Positions 51,095-62,839 of a stretch of DNA of 63,945 nucleotides are shown piece by piece. Numbering within the stretch: position 1 is the first letter of the stretch; the number at the start of each line of letters is the position of its first letter. This stretch comes from Hydrurus foetidus (Eukaryota): positions 1 through 63,945 of the forward strand of contig UYFQ01000797.1 in NCBI GenBank assembly GCA_900617105.1. Reading direction: 5' to 3'. Under the pieces are notes generated by a model. It searched no databases. It was not told the origin of the DNA and worked only from the letters and a program-made list of their open reading frames with translations. The position numbers were made by a program, and so were the translations under genes.

Positions 51095-53543
51095 CGTTCG
51101 TGATAATGTTTTTGAGTCCCGCTTTGCTGAGGCGAGTTGGGAAGGTATTGCCTGCAGAATCCAAAAGTATTCTACGTTGTTGTTAGATTTCGCGTCTCTT
51201 TCCCTCTCTCGAATTTTGTTCTCCCTGAAAGTACGATCCTGTTGCCCTCTGGTGGGAGTTGGGATGTTGGGATCGATTCACCGAATATTTCGGGGACGTG
51301 ATTATTTCAATCTCGACATCCGACCTCTGACTCTGAGAGCTGGAAGGGGGGTATACGGTAGGAATATATTTATCCAAAATCAGAATTTAATTATTACGAT
51401 CAAATTCCGGTAAATCCGTTCAAAAAAAAATCCGTACTTTCCGCGATTAAATTCTCGGCATGCTCGCTCAATTTTTGGGAGACTTCTTCAAAATAATTTC
51501 CATTAGAATCATCACCTGAATTGAGGTATACGCATCAAATGTTTTTCATTTCCCATGAAAATCTGGCGATATCCATCAATTTTACATTCTCTACGTGCAT
51601 GTGTAGTAGTCGACCACCAGTATGCATCTAAGACAGCCGTCGTTCCCTGTGGAAGGCAGTTTGCGATGATGTTTCTTGCAGAGATTGCATTGGGTGAAGA
51701 AACTGGATTCGACGATGAAGACATTTCTGAACCATCATCTCCTCAATCAGCCATAGAGGAAAATGGGGATGATGTAGGAGATCCATCTCAATCCAACCGA
51801 CGGTTTCGTGGGACAGGAGCAATTTGGAGTGACTGTTTGGACGAATTGGGAAACGATTTCATTAGTTACAGTAGTTTGGATGAAGTCCAAAAAGATGCTG
51901 CTGAGTCAAACTACTCTAAGATAGGTTCATCGTCAACTGATGTTCACACTTTTGTGTGTCGCATCAAGGGTTGCTATTACAAAAAGAAGTACCGGAGACT
52001 GGGAGATTCTGGATCGTTTGTGTCTTACTCTACCGGCGATCATACTCATCCCACCTCTGAGATATTGAGTGATCAGCGTGGTCTATCGGGTGAACAAAAG
52101 CTGATCATTGAGCAAGCCTTTGCTGAGGATCGGAAATCTTCCCGAGATATTCTTGCTTTTTTTCGCTCCAAGAGGTCCCTATCCGATGAATCAATGAAGG
52201 CGTCTTTCCCACCGGATCCGGAGATCTCAAAACTCAATAACTACATTCAAGCATTCAAGAAAAGGAAGTCGTCGAAGTACAATCCTACTCCTAACGACTT
52301 AGAGGAGTGGTGCATTGGACATGGTCCATCGACGGTCAATGCAGAAGATGAAGGGACTTTTAACACTCCTTTTGTGCTTAATTACATGTTGGTGAGAATA
52401 AAAGATCTAACTTTATGATATGACTACATTATACAACAATTCCTCAAATTCTGAACCTTTTTTCTTATTCACTAGGATACATCGGTAGCTCTGAAACCTC
52501 GTTTCATTGCTGTCATATCTAGCTATAGGCTGCTCTATCATGGTATTGATTCTTCATCACCTACAGCAGACGTTCGCAACTGTCTACAAGCTGATGGAAC
52601 GCACAAAACAAACTCACATGGCTATCCGACCATCATCGTTGGTAAATTCAGTAAAACTGTTGAGCTAATATAAATGCACTTTATATAAGTTGTACATTTT
52701 GTGTACAACTAATCTTAACATATCATATCATTTCAGGTGTCTCAGATATGGCGAGAGTATTTCATCCACTGGCTATTTCAATGAGCACGAATGAGGACGC
52801 AATGATGTTCCAGTTTATAGGTAATATATATTTTATTATAGTTATCTAAATTTTTTCTAATTTTAATATTCTTATATTATTCAGGTGACTCTTTGGTTAA
52901 ATACATTCCCAACTTCTTACCATCGAAATTAATGAGCGATGCAGCTCCTGCTATCTTCAACGGCCTATCAATGGCATATCCTAACATTATAAATGGAAGG
53001 TGTTACTTTCATATGATGCAATGTATGAAAAATCGCCATTACACGGACGAGAATTCAAAAAAGTTGTTCTTAAATGATTTAAGATCTTTATCAAAGTCTC
53101 ATTGTCAGGAGCATTTTGATGTGTCAGTAAATCTATTTCTAGACAAGTACCGTGATCATCAGGACGAACACATTAAGTTAGCGAGAGATTACCTTGAGAA
53201 ATTTTGGCTGCTGGACAGGAACAGAGGATGGCATTCTGGACTTGTACCTGGGACGGTAACATCGAATAATGGGCTTGAAGTTACAAATAGAGTATTCAAG
53301 AAAAATTTCAAAGGTTAGGCTTGATGAATAAGACAACTCATTTCATTATTATGTCCTAAACAATATTGTTGTAATAAATTGTTACTCTTAGGTGATTTAG
53401 TCAGCGGAACCGAATGTTTAGATTACACTTGTGTGTATCTACAAAATGAGTCAATATCAAGAACACGGGGGGATGTTAATTATAAAGAATACTCAATGTC
53501 AGCTAAAAAAGCTAAGAATATAATGAGGCTAGCGAAGTCGTTG

Positions 53544-53767
53544 TGTGACCCGTACACCGAGTATACCGGGTATACCGGGTTCGGGTACAAACGTACGCAC
53601 GGTTCGGATCGAGGACGATCCGATCCATACGATTTGTTGCGTGATATCTGCTGTGCTTATCTGTAAGCTAATCACATTGCTATCCTTTAGCATCGTTCCA
53701 CCATCGCTTCACCTTTGCCCTCCGCCGTCCGGATTCCCGTTCCAGCCAAGGCCTCAGTGAGACCACA
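53544..53767 (+). repeat. 5' LTR (224 bp, TGTG...CACA)
   Basis: Identical to 60710-60933 by manual comparison. Confidence 0.97.
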
Positions 53768-54327
53768 GTAAGCTTACTTGGAATCAGCTAGCCTTTCAAG
53801 ACGAAAGCCGATTGCCAAATCAAGATTTCCCAAACCGCTACCCGACTCATTTTCGAAGCGAAAAGAGATTGTCAATAGCTTTCTGTAACAGAAACGACTA
53901 TTAGACTATATAGAGAGTTGATTCGCAAAGCGACAGCCTCTATCTCTTCGTCTTAACGAAGCTCGATCTCAGCGATTCCTCGCTAGATCAAGAAATCCCG
54001 TCGAAAACTTTCGTCACACGAAAGCCGACACGCCAGTAGTAGCTTTCAACATCGAAAGCGCTACTTAAGACCCAATAGCAACGCTCCGTTCGTGGGATTG
54101 CTCGCTCCGCAGGCCTCGCCGAGAAATTTCCTCCCGAAATTCTCGTCAATTTCCTCCCGAAATTGACCAAAGCAATCCAATCCTCCTTTTTCTACTACTC
54201 CACTCTATACCTACCAGTCTTCACAAAAGTTCAACCTATCCTTCCTCTCCCTGAATTCACCGCGTCCGAGTTCCGTCGCGGTCCCTTCAATAAACTACCG
54301 ACCATTATCGTAGCGAAGACGAAGACA

Positions 54328-57150
54328 ATGGAAGCTCAAGATATCCTCGACAAATCAGCCTCCCCAGGAGCAAATACTACTTCCCTCGGCCTACCAGCCG
54401 CGACAATGCTTAGCATTCGCAAGGCACGAAAGGCCGAGGAGAAGATGAGAGCAGAAAACATTGCTCGGAGCAAATCTCTCATGGCCAGACAAGCCATAAA
54501 GGCCTCAGCCACCGCCACCCGCATTCCCGACGAGATTGCCGCCCGCAACTCCGAACGGTCTTCAGAACGTAAGCGTATTCAAGATGCTCAAAAGACATCA
54601 GACGCAACGACTGAAGACGAAGTGGCCATGATTGCATATGTCCTAGAGGCAACAAACGAAGACGAGAGACGAGAACGCGAGATCTGCGCTCGATCTCGTC
54701 CGTGCTCTAGCACCTCAGTTGCAAAAACCATCGACGTAGAGGGAAGCCCAAAAGGCAGACCAAAACGAAGAAGAGGAGGCAACGAGAAAGACAAGAAAGC
54801 AAACGAACAAGATATCCCTGATGATGCTAAGTCAATCGAGAGTGAGCCCATCCCCGTCAGAAAATCATCTCGAACGACCAGGGTTCAAACCTCGATGGAG
54901 GTGGACTTAGAGTCGGGAGAGGACGAGGAGGATGAGGGCGACATCGAAAACGACGACGAGATCAACGACAACGACGACGATAACGTGATAGTTGCGGAGT
55001 CAGTGTCGGATGAGGACGATCGATCGTCAGACGAGTCAGTTGAATCCACATCCCCTGAGAAGCGCAAGACTAAGTCTCCACCAAAGCTAACAAAAAAGAT
55101 TTCCACAAGGAAAAAGATCACCGTTCCACAAAAGACAAAAAAGGCAGAGCAGTCAAAAACTGCATCAGCAAAAGAGTCTAAGGAAGATGTGTCTAAAAAG
55201 ATCATCCCTACTCAGAGGCCAAAACCGAAGACGTCTACGGCGACAAGCGCCGCGTTGAAATTAAAAACAACAGAGGCTGCACGCAGACGCAAGGTGGAGG
55301 AAGAGATCGACGATGAGCAGAGTGATACCTCAGTCTTATCAGACGAGAATTACCAACAACAGCGTACACTCATAAACATGAATGAGGTATTCATGCTCAA
55401 CGCCGACAAACTCTTGACAGATGGTCCCGCTTCCATTCAGGCATTCCACGACCAAGCCAACCTGCCCAATTTCAAAACACATTGGAAGCAGATCATTACC
55501 GAGAATGCCCTGGTACCTATAAGGTTCAGACTCAATGGAATGAAGGCAGTCCTTGGGTACACCCAACCAGAATGTTCCACTTGGCCAGTCATCCGCGGAG
55601 TCACCCTATCGATCCGACAAATCGCAAAGGACTTGACAGCCTGCTTCTCACAAGCAACTAGGACGTCCAACACGACCTACGATTGTAATGAGAAGATCAG
55701 AGCTTACAAGTTTGCTTACGACTTTGCTGACGCATACGTCGAAGAGGCATCGATCACTCGGTTTGAGGAGATCATCAGCCTGTACTACCCTGATAGAACA
55801 GACCTCACACCCGAGCGCGAGAACGAAATCTGCAAAGCATTTTACAAAAAGCTTCCAGCAGAAAACGCACTCGGGATGAAATTCTTAGAGGCCACAAAGA
55901 CGTCCATAAAGAAGACAAAAAGAGACACCATCCAAGACATGTACATGCGACTCAGCGACCACCTCAACATCGCACGTCAATGCGTCAACGACGCAGCGGA
56001 GTTGGGGAACAGCAGATACCGCTGGACCACTCCAGACAGCCCAACTTCCGAGGAAGCAAAAAGACAACGAAGCTCGTTGTCTAATGCATCATACTCCTCC
56101 AACCTGCACGCAGTGGGATTCCATCCAGAGGAGGACACACGCGCACCACCATACAAGGCGATCGCAAAGCGTCAGCCAGAGGTACAACATTACCCCGGCC
56201 TTGACCGCAACACCAAGCTGTGCCACACCTGTGGGCGCAACGGGCACAACCGTTACAATTGCCGATTCCACATGAACGAGCATTGCAACAACTCGCACAA
56301 AATGTGGTCCGAATCCCTTATGGGGCTCGAATGGAAACGGCTCGGTCACAAACATTTTGTAATCGATGCACATCTTCCATCGGGCGGAGTATCTCGGGAG
56401 CGAAAACAAATCCACGTCCCGAATAACTTCGAATTCCCCACGGAAGAAGAGGACATTGACATGGGTAACACCCAACAAAAGTCAAACCCTCGGCAAGGTA
56501 CCAGTGCACCACCATACAGCAAGGTTAAAAAGCCGGCGTACGACGACAGACGAAGAAGTGAGTTTTCAACACCACCTGTCAGTGTCGCAATTTTACCGCG
56601 TATCGACTTACCTCGAACACGAACATTACTTTCAGCTATACTACCTGAAAAAGTAAACGATTACTTACAAGTCAACATATCTCTCCCACAGATCAGTATG
56701 GCCCAAGACAAGACGAGCGCCCTCGCAAAGACGACCGCGCACAAGCAGACACCGACAACCGCGACCGCGACCGCCAACGCAACGAGCGAGAGGCCTTCGC
56801 GCGCGACAAGGCGAAAGAAAAGGAAGGATCCTCCAGCAGCTCCAACAAGCCCTACTCCTCAAAGTAGAGGCATGGATGCACTGGCCCAGATCGATACGGG
56901 GTGCGAAGTCGGTGACGTCATTAACCGTAGAGTCCTCGAGGGCCTACGGGGCGAACACCGCTTACGCGACTCCGATTCACCTATGTGGATTTGTTCTGGT
57001 TTAGATAATAAGTGTATTGAATCCAAATCTGTGCTTGATATTGTTGTATCATTTAAAAAGATTCTTTAAAATACATCTTTTCTCTTCCAGTCCGCATTGC
57101 CGAAGACTCTGAAATAGATTTAATTATAGGTATAGATACCATAAAAATCT
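54328..57150 (+). CDS. gag: Gag-protease region of the polyprotein (long acidic/basic disordered N-terminus, CCHC knuckle, aspartic protease); frameshift near 57057
   Basis: ORF 54163..57069, first ATG at 54328. CHTCGRNGHNRYNC and AQIDTGC. The protease C-terminal motif DLIIGIDTI is in the -1 frame after 57059. Confidence 0.88.
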
Positions 57151-57300
57151 AAATTTAGTTAAAATTATGCCCGAATTTTTCGGCCATAAAAATCATACTG
57201 ATCCATGGACCCGTATAGAAAATTCAATGGTACTAACCACGAATAATCTGACGGACACACTCCATCCACCGCGGTCCAAGAACCTCCAGTCAATAATGAC

Positions 57301-60300
57301 TTGGACGGGGCAAAACCCTCCAACACAGACAACCTGAGGCAGGGTGACATGGTGTCTGGAGGTGCTTGTACACACAAGAATTGCACATCGCCATATGGGT
57401 GTTCGCAGATTCGAGTAGCGGCCGCTACCGACCCTGTTCAAGACGGGTCCGTCTTGCAAGTATGTGAGAAGTCAACAACCCACTTGACTTCTCCTCGACA
57501 AGATGGTTTAGAGCTCACGCTCGACAGAGAAAAGGAAGTAGCTATCCAAATCTCCCCTTCCATAACTCCACCCCAAACATATGGCTTTGTCGCGGCTCTA
57601 CTTAGGGAGAAGGAATATCTCCCTGAGGCTCAACCTTTCGGTCCGGAAGAAATTGACTACAAGTCAAAGGACACATTCGCTCCTTTTATGCTCTCAACGC
57701 ACACATCCACGGATATCATAGACCTCATTCACATTGAAGGTACTCATGAGGAAATTGCACGGATTCGAGAAATATGTGTAAAACACATAGTCCTGTTCAA
57801 AAATGAACTTGGACCAGAACCGGCAAGAATACCACCATTTGATCTTCCCGTAATGGAGAAACAATGGAAGGTTCCCAAAAACAGACATGCATCACGCATA
57901 CAGTCTACAAAAAGACAAACAGTTATACGAGAGCTAGTGACAACTATGCTCAAAAGTGGTATAATAGTAAAGTCAAATGCATCGCATTATTCTCAAGTAA
58001 TCCTGGCACCCAAACCGGATGGTACCTTCCGATTTTGTATTGATTACCGTGGACTCAATGAAGCTACGGAATCTGCAAGTTGGCCAATACCAAATATAAG
58101 ACTCATGTTAGGACGTCTTGGAGCTGCAAAAGCAGATACCTTTGGTGTAATTGACCTCACAGCAGGCTACCACCAGGCACCAATAACGATGAGCACAAGA
58201 ATTTATACAGCCTTCATTACATTCATGGGCATATATCACTTTACGAGACTTCCGTTTGGACCTAAACGCGCGCCATCATATTTTCAAGAAATGATGGCGT
58301 CAATAGTCTTAATAGGTCTTATCTACTTCATTTGTGAGGTGTACCTTGACGACATCATAGTGTACGCAACAGGTCACTTACAATTCTGCGAACGATTGGA
58401 AATAATATTTCAACGTTTAGAAGAAAAGAATATTTCACTTAAAGCAGCTAAGTTAAAACTTGGTATGAAAAAAGTGGAATATGTCGGTAAAGAAATATCA
58501 AAGGATGGTATAACTATGAGTTCCAAAAAGATAAAAGGCGTGACCGACTTTCCGATGCCAAGAAAGACGACAGAAATGAGGTCGTTTCTCGGACTCACGA
58601 ATTATTTTAGGGATCATGTACCGAACCACTCAAACGTAGTTGCTCCTCTACAAAAGATGATCCTGCACGCATCCAAAAAGCAAACATTGCTAATATGGAC
58701 CGACGAAGCAGCTGATGCATTCTATATGATTAAGCAACGAATTGCAGAGAGTCCCTTGCTATATTTCATACACGATACAGCCCCAATAACCTTAATGACT
58801 GATGCGTCAGATTACGGTATTGGAGGTTACTTGTATCAGGAAGTCGACGAGAAGAAACAACTCGTCGCTCTCGTAAGTAAGTCTCTTACCAAGACACAAC
58901 TGAAGTGGTCGACAATACAAAAGAAGCCTTCGCGCTCTATTATTGTTGTACTTACCTCGACGCACTACTACGAGATCGTAAATTTACAATTCTCACGGAC
59001 CATAAAAATCTTACCTTTATTGAAAAAGATAAAAATGAAATGGTTGGCAGATGGCGAGTCGCCCTGCAGGAATTGGATTATACGATAGGCTACATACCAG
59101 GAAAAGATAACGACATTGCAGACGCGATGTCACGCCTATGTTTAAACAGAATGGAAAAGAAATCCGGACTAATGTCATCACTACATGAAAAACAATTAAC
59201 GACAAATGAGCAATATGAACTCATTGGAAGTTGTCACAACGCAACGGTCGGACATGGTGGTGTACAACGTACGTTACGGAACTTAAAAACAAAGAAGAAA
59301 GTGTGGCCGGGCATGAAAGAAGCAGTAAAAACTTTCATTAAAAATTGCCCTTGTTGCCAAAAGATGTCTGCGGTAAAAATACCAGTCAATTCTTACACTT
59401 ACACTACTTCAACATACAAACCAATGGAATGTCTCAACATAGATTTCATTGGACCATTTCCTGATAAAGGATACATTTTAGTCATGATTGACACATTTAC
59501 ACGATTCGTCGAACTATATGCAACAAAAGATGCGACCGCTAAGGCGGCATGCACAGCATTAGTGGAACACGTCGGACGATACGGATCTCCAAGATTCCTT
59601 AGATCTGACAACGGTCCTCACTTTGCCAACCACGTTATTGAAGAATTTACAAAACTCGCAGGCACAGTCCACGAGAAAATTCTCGCCTATTCGTCGGAAC
59701 ACAATTCAATTGTAGAAAGAATGAATAAGGAAGTTAACAGGCATATTAGAGCATATACGTATGACAGAGCAACAACAGAAAATTACCAAGAAATTCTACC
59801 ATTTGTTCAACGTATATTAAATACAACAATTAATGATAGAACAAAAATTTCACCGGCACAAATCCTTTATGGAAACGCCATTAATATGGATGAAGGAATT
59901 TTAATCCCAAGAGGAGAAGTTAACCTCATACCAGAAAATATAACAATTTCATCTACAAATATGATAAAGATACAAAGTGATCTTATTCGAATTGCGGCAA
60001 GACTCCTTAAGGAATCTGATGATGAACACAATGAGAAACAAAACCCAGAAATAACACATTTCGAGGTAGGCTCATATGTACTCGTTACTCAACGCACACA
60101 GCCAGAGACACGCATGCACACATTGTGGCGCGGTCCTCTTCGAGTTCTAAGCAATAAGAAAGGAGAATATACGCTACTCAATCTTATTACTCTTAAGAAT
60201 GTTAAATACCACATGTCACAATTAAAAACTTTCTTATTTAATCCACTGCACACTGATCCAACAGATGTAGCACGTCGAGATTATTTAGAATTCTTCATCG

Positions 60301-60500
60301 AAGAGATAGTAGATATGAGGGGAAATATTTCATCTTATGGAGCTTTAGAATTTGAGGTCAAATGGCTCAATTATCCCTCAGAAAGTAATACCTGGGAACC
60401 GTGGCGAAGTCTAAGAAAAACAGACAAACTACACAATTTTCTTATAAGTAAGAATCTACGTCACCTAATTCCAAGAGAATTCAGGTTAGACTACGTCTAA
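57301..60500 (+). CDS. pol: Pol: reverse transcriptase, RNase H, integrase, chromodomain; frameshift near 58920
   Basis: FRFCIDYRGLN, DLTAGYHQ, LPFG, YLDD. RNase H TDASDYGIGG. Integrase H-x5-H..CPCC, IDFIGP, SDNG, SIVERMN, WRGP. Chromodomain IEEIVD..FEVKWLNYPSESNTWEP. Confidence 0.96.
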
Positions 60501-60696
60501 AAGACACAAAGGAGAACAACAATATCATTGATGATTCCCCCATTTTTTTGCGTCTCATCCGAGATGTTTTAGGAGGTTTAGTCAGTAGGCAATAATTTTT
60601 TTATTATTATTGAGTCTGACATAATTGTTGTTACTTAACATAGACTTACACGTAGTTTAGTATTTATCATAGAGTAACAAATCTAGCTTCTTCTTC

Positions 60697-60706
60697 GAGG
60701 AGGGGG
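60697..60706 (+). other. Polypurine tract (GAGGAGGGGG)
   Basis: Purine run ending 3 nt before the 3' LTR. Confidence 0.9.
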
Positions 60707-60709
60707 CAC

Positions 60710-60933
60710 TGTGACCCGTACACCGAGTATACCGGGTATACCGGGTTCGGGTACAAACGTACGCACGGTTCGGATCGAGGACGATCCGATCCATACGATT
60801 TGTTGCGTGATATCTGCTGTGCTTATCTGTAAGCTAATCACATTGCTATCCTTTAGCATCGTTCCACCATCGCTTCACCTTTGCCCTCCGCCGTCCGGAT
60901 TCCCGTTCCAGCCAAGGCCTCAGTGAGACCACA
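60710..60933 (+). repeat. 3' LTR (224 bp)
   Basis: Identical to the 5' LTR; followed by TSD GTTG. Confidence 0.97.
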
Positions 60934-61456
60934 GTTGGTAGAGACACACAATCTAACAAAAATACTCCGTCAACAGTAAGGCGACAGTATTTAATAATGA
61001 TAGATAATGAGATATTGAGCGATGACAACGCACTTGGAATTCTTAATTGTAGCAATTACAACAGATTTAAGAGTTGGGATGAGAGGGAGAGGTATCAGAA
61101 AAATGTAAGAATTCTTAGTCAGTTTCAGATGACAGGAAAGCAAATAGTCATAGCGGATATAGATGCACATGTAAAACTTATATGGATGAATACGAATGTG
61201 AACATGCGATGCAATTTCTATTGCGAAAAATGAATTATCACAATCAATTATCATGCATATGCCGTTGGGGTTAAAGAGAGGTCCTGGACGACCAGTCAAA
61301 GCAGTGAAGGAGCTCTAAATCCACAGATTAAAGTAAACAAAAAAAAATCGAAAATTGAGCTTTCAGATACCACAACTACACAAGGTAATGCTTTACAGTT
61401 ATCATTTACTTGTATTCCTAAATTAACTCTGAAAAATTTACTATACATTTCATTAG

Positions 61457-62358
61457 GAAAAAGTGATGCAATCACCATCGATTCGGAAAAGAGGTTGATA
61501 TTAAAAGGTTTTGTATGGCATAATATGTCATGTTCGTACGATGCATTATTCACAACGTTATGGATAATATATTTCTTAGGTCGAGACGAAATTAGAAAAA
61601 CTTTCGATTCTACCCTACCTCTTATGGCAAAAATGTACAGAGAAATGATAGGCAATACATTGACATTCAAAGAGGCCAATGATCGAATTAGGGATACTTA
61701 CTTTATTTCTACTCCAATCGTTGATTTCCGCCGAGGTGTGTTTCAAGGCGTATCGGACATAACCAGCCATCTGCTTCTGCAATGCGTCTTATCTGTTGAC
61801 GAAAATGAGAAAGATTGTTTTACATTTCAGTACAATTGCATTAAAAAATGTACAAATACATTGTGCATTGACATCTCGAAAGAAAGAACATCTGAATGTG
61901 CGTTACGTTGTTTATTTTTCGGTGTTGATGTTGATACGACAAAAACTGTGACACAAATGATTATCCAGTATTTTTCATTAGAAAACAGAAATTTCCGTTG
62001 TCATGTATGCAGTCATCAGATGGTATACACAAAAATTTTAGTATCATGTCCATTGATATTATGCATATGTTTCAATGGTACCAATGTTTTAAGTGAATTC
62101 GAAAAAGTAGTGGTGATCAAAAATGAAACATACGACTTCGTATCAGCATTATATCTTCTGGGACAACACTTCAGAACTAGATTTAATATTAGCAATAAAG
62201 CATACGAATACGACGGGATGCTTAATGGTGGTGTTTTGAAAGAGATAAATTCCGAAAATGCTTTCTGTGGTACCATATTTAATGTAGATAAAACAGTAAT
62301 GATGGTAGCTATGTCAATCTATTATGTAAAGAGAGATGGCAATGAGTTGTACGTATAA
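61457..62358 (+). CDS. USP-fold (peptidase C19/C98-like) cysteine protease domain, last exon of the MULE gene
   Basis: Cys box GFVWHNMSCSYDALF, zinc-ribbon pairs CTNTLC and CHVC, CPLILCI, YDFVSALY, and His box GQHFRTRF..AYEYDGM. Confidence 0.7.
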
Positions 62359-62839
62359 TTTAGGCATTCAAATAAGTAAAGCAGTCAGAATAAAAAGGAA
62401 TGTAAATAATCGAGTTCATATTAAGTAGATAAATTTTGCCATAGCGATATCATCGTGTAGTAATAAATTGAAATGTATTTTAATCTAAATAAATAGAGAA
62501 TCTTTCGATCATAAGATGAACATATTAAACCAAGAAAATTGCAGCCGCATTGATTATAAGGAGAGATCATACGGAGGTATTGTGATGATAGTGACAGAAG
62601 ATATGATGAGATAGTAACAAGATGTAATGAGTAAGTATCGATGCATAAGTGTGTGTGGCTGGATGCATTGAGAGGTAGAAATACATGAGGAGGCAAAATG
62701 CACATAAGAATATGTATAGGTGCTTGAATATGTATGAATGCCTGAATATGTATAGATACATGAAGTAGAGTATGGCTGGATACATGAGAAGTCAAGAAAA
62801 TACATAGTAGTAGAAGATACATAAAATAGTATAAGCGTA

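Larger units (their letters stand above)
53544..60933 (+). mobile_element. Full-length Ty3/gypsy chromodomain-type LTR retrotransposon (7390 bp)
   Basis: Two identical 224-bp LTRs, TSD GTTG (53540-53543 and 60934-60937), domain order gag-PR-RT-RH-IN-chromodomain, and a PPT. Confidence 0.98.
51666..62358 (+). mobile_element. MULE (Mutator-like) DNA transposon coding region, interrupted by an LTR retrotransposon; exons 51666-52391, 52476-52641, 52737-52820, 52885-53313, 53392-53543//60938-61384, 61457-62358
   Basis: WRKY/FLYWCH-type finger CRIKGC..HTH. DDE motifs QADGTHKTN, MSDAAPA, RCYFH, SNNGLEVTN. SWIM CTCKTYMDEYECEH (61164-61205) and KRGPGRP. Five short phase-consistent introns. Termini not identified. 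Confidence 0.88.

Noticed and set aside
51346..51500. GGGGGGTATACGG... as the left MULE TIR
   Set aside because: The position is plausible, but there is no inverted partner or TSD inside the window.
53545..53760. Duplicated 71-aa ORF (also 60711..60926)
   Set aside because: Simply the two identical LTRs.
53779..53790. TGGAATCAGCTA as a tRNA-iMet PBS (canonical TGGTATCAGAGC)
   Set aside because: It lies 11 nt from the LTR, is mismatched, and has no counterpart in element 1; not fully excluded without host tRNA sequences.
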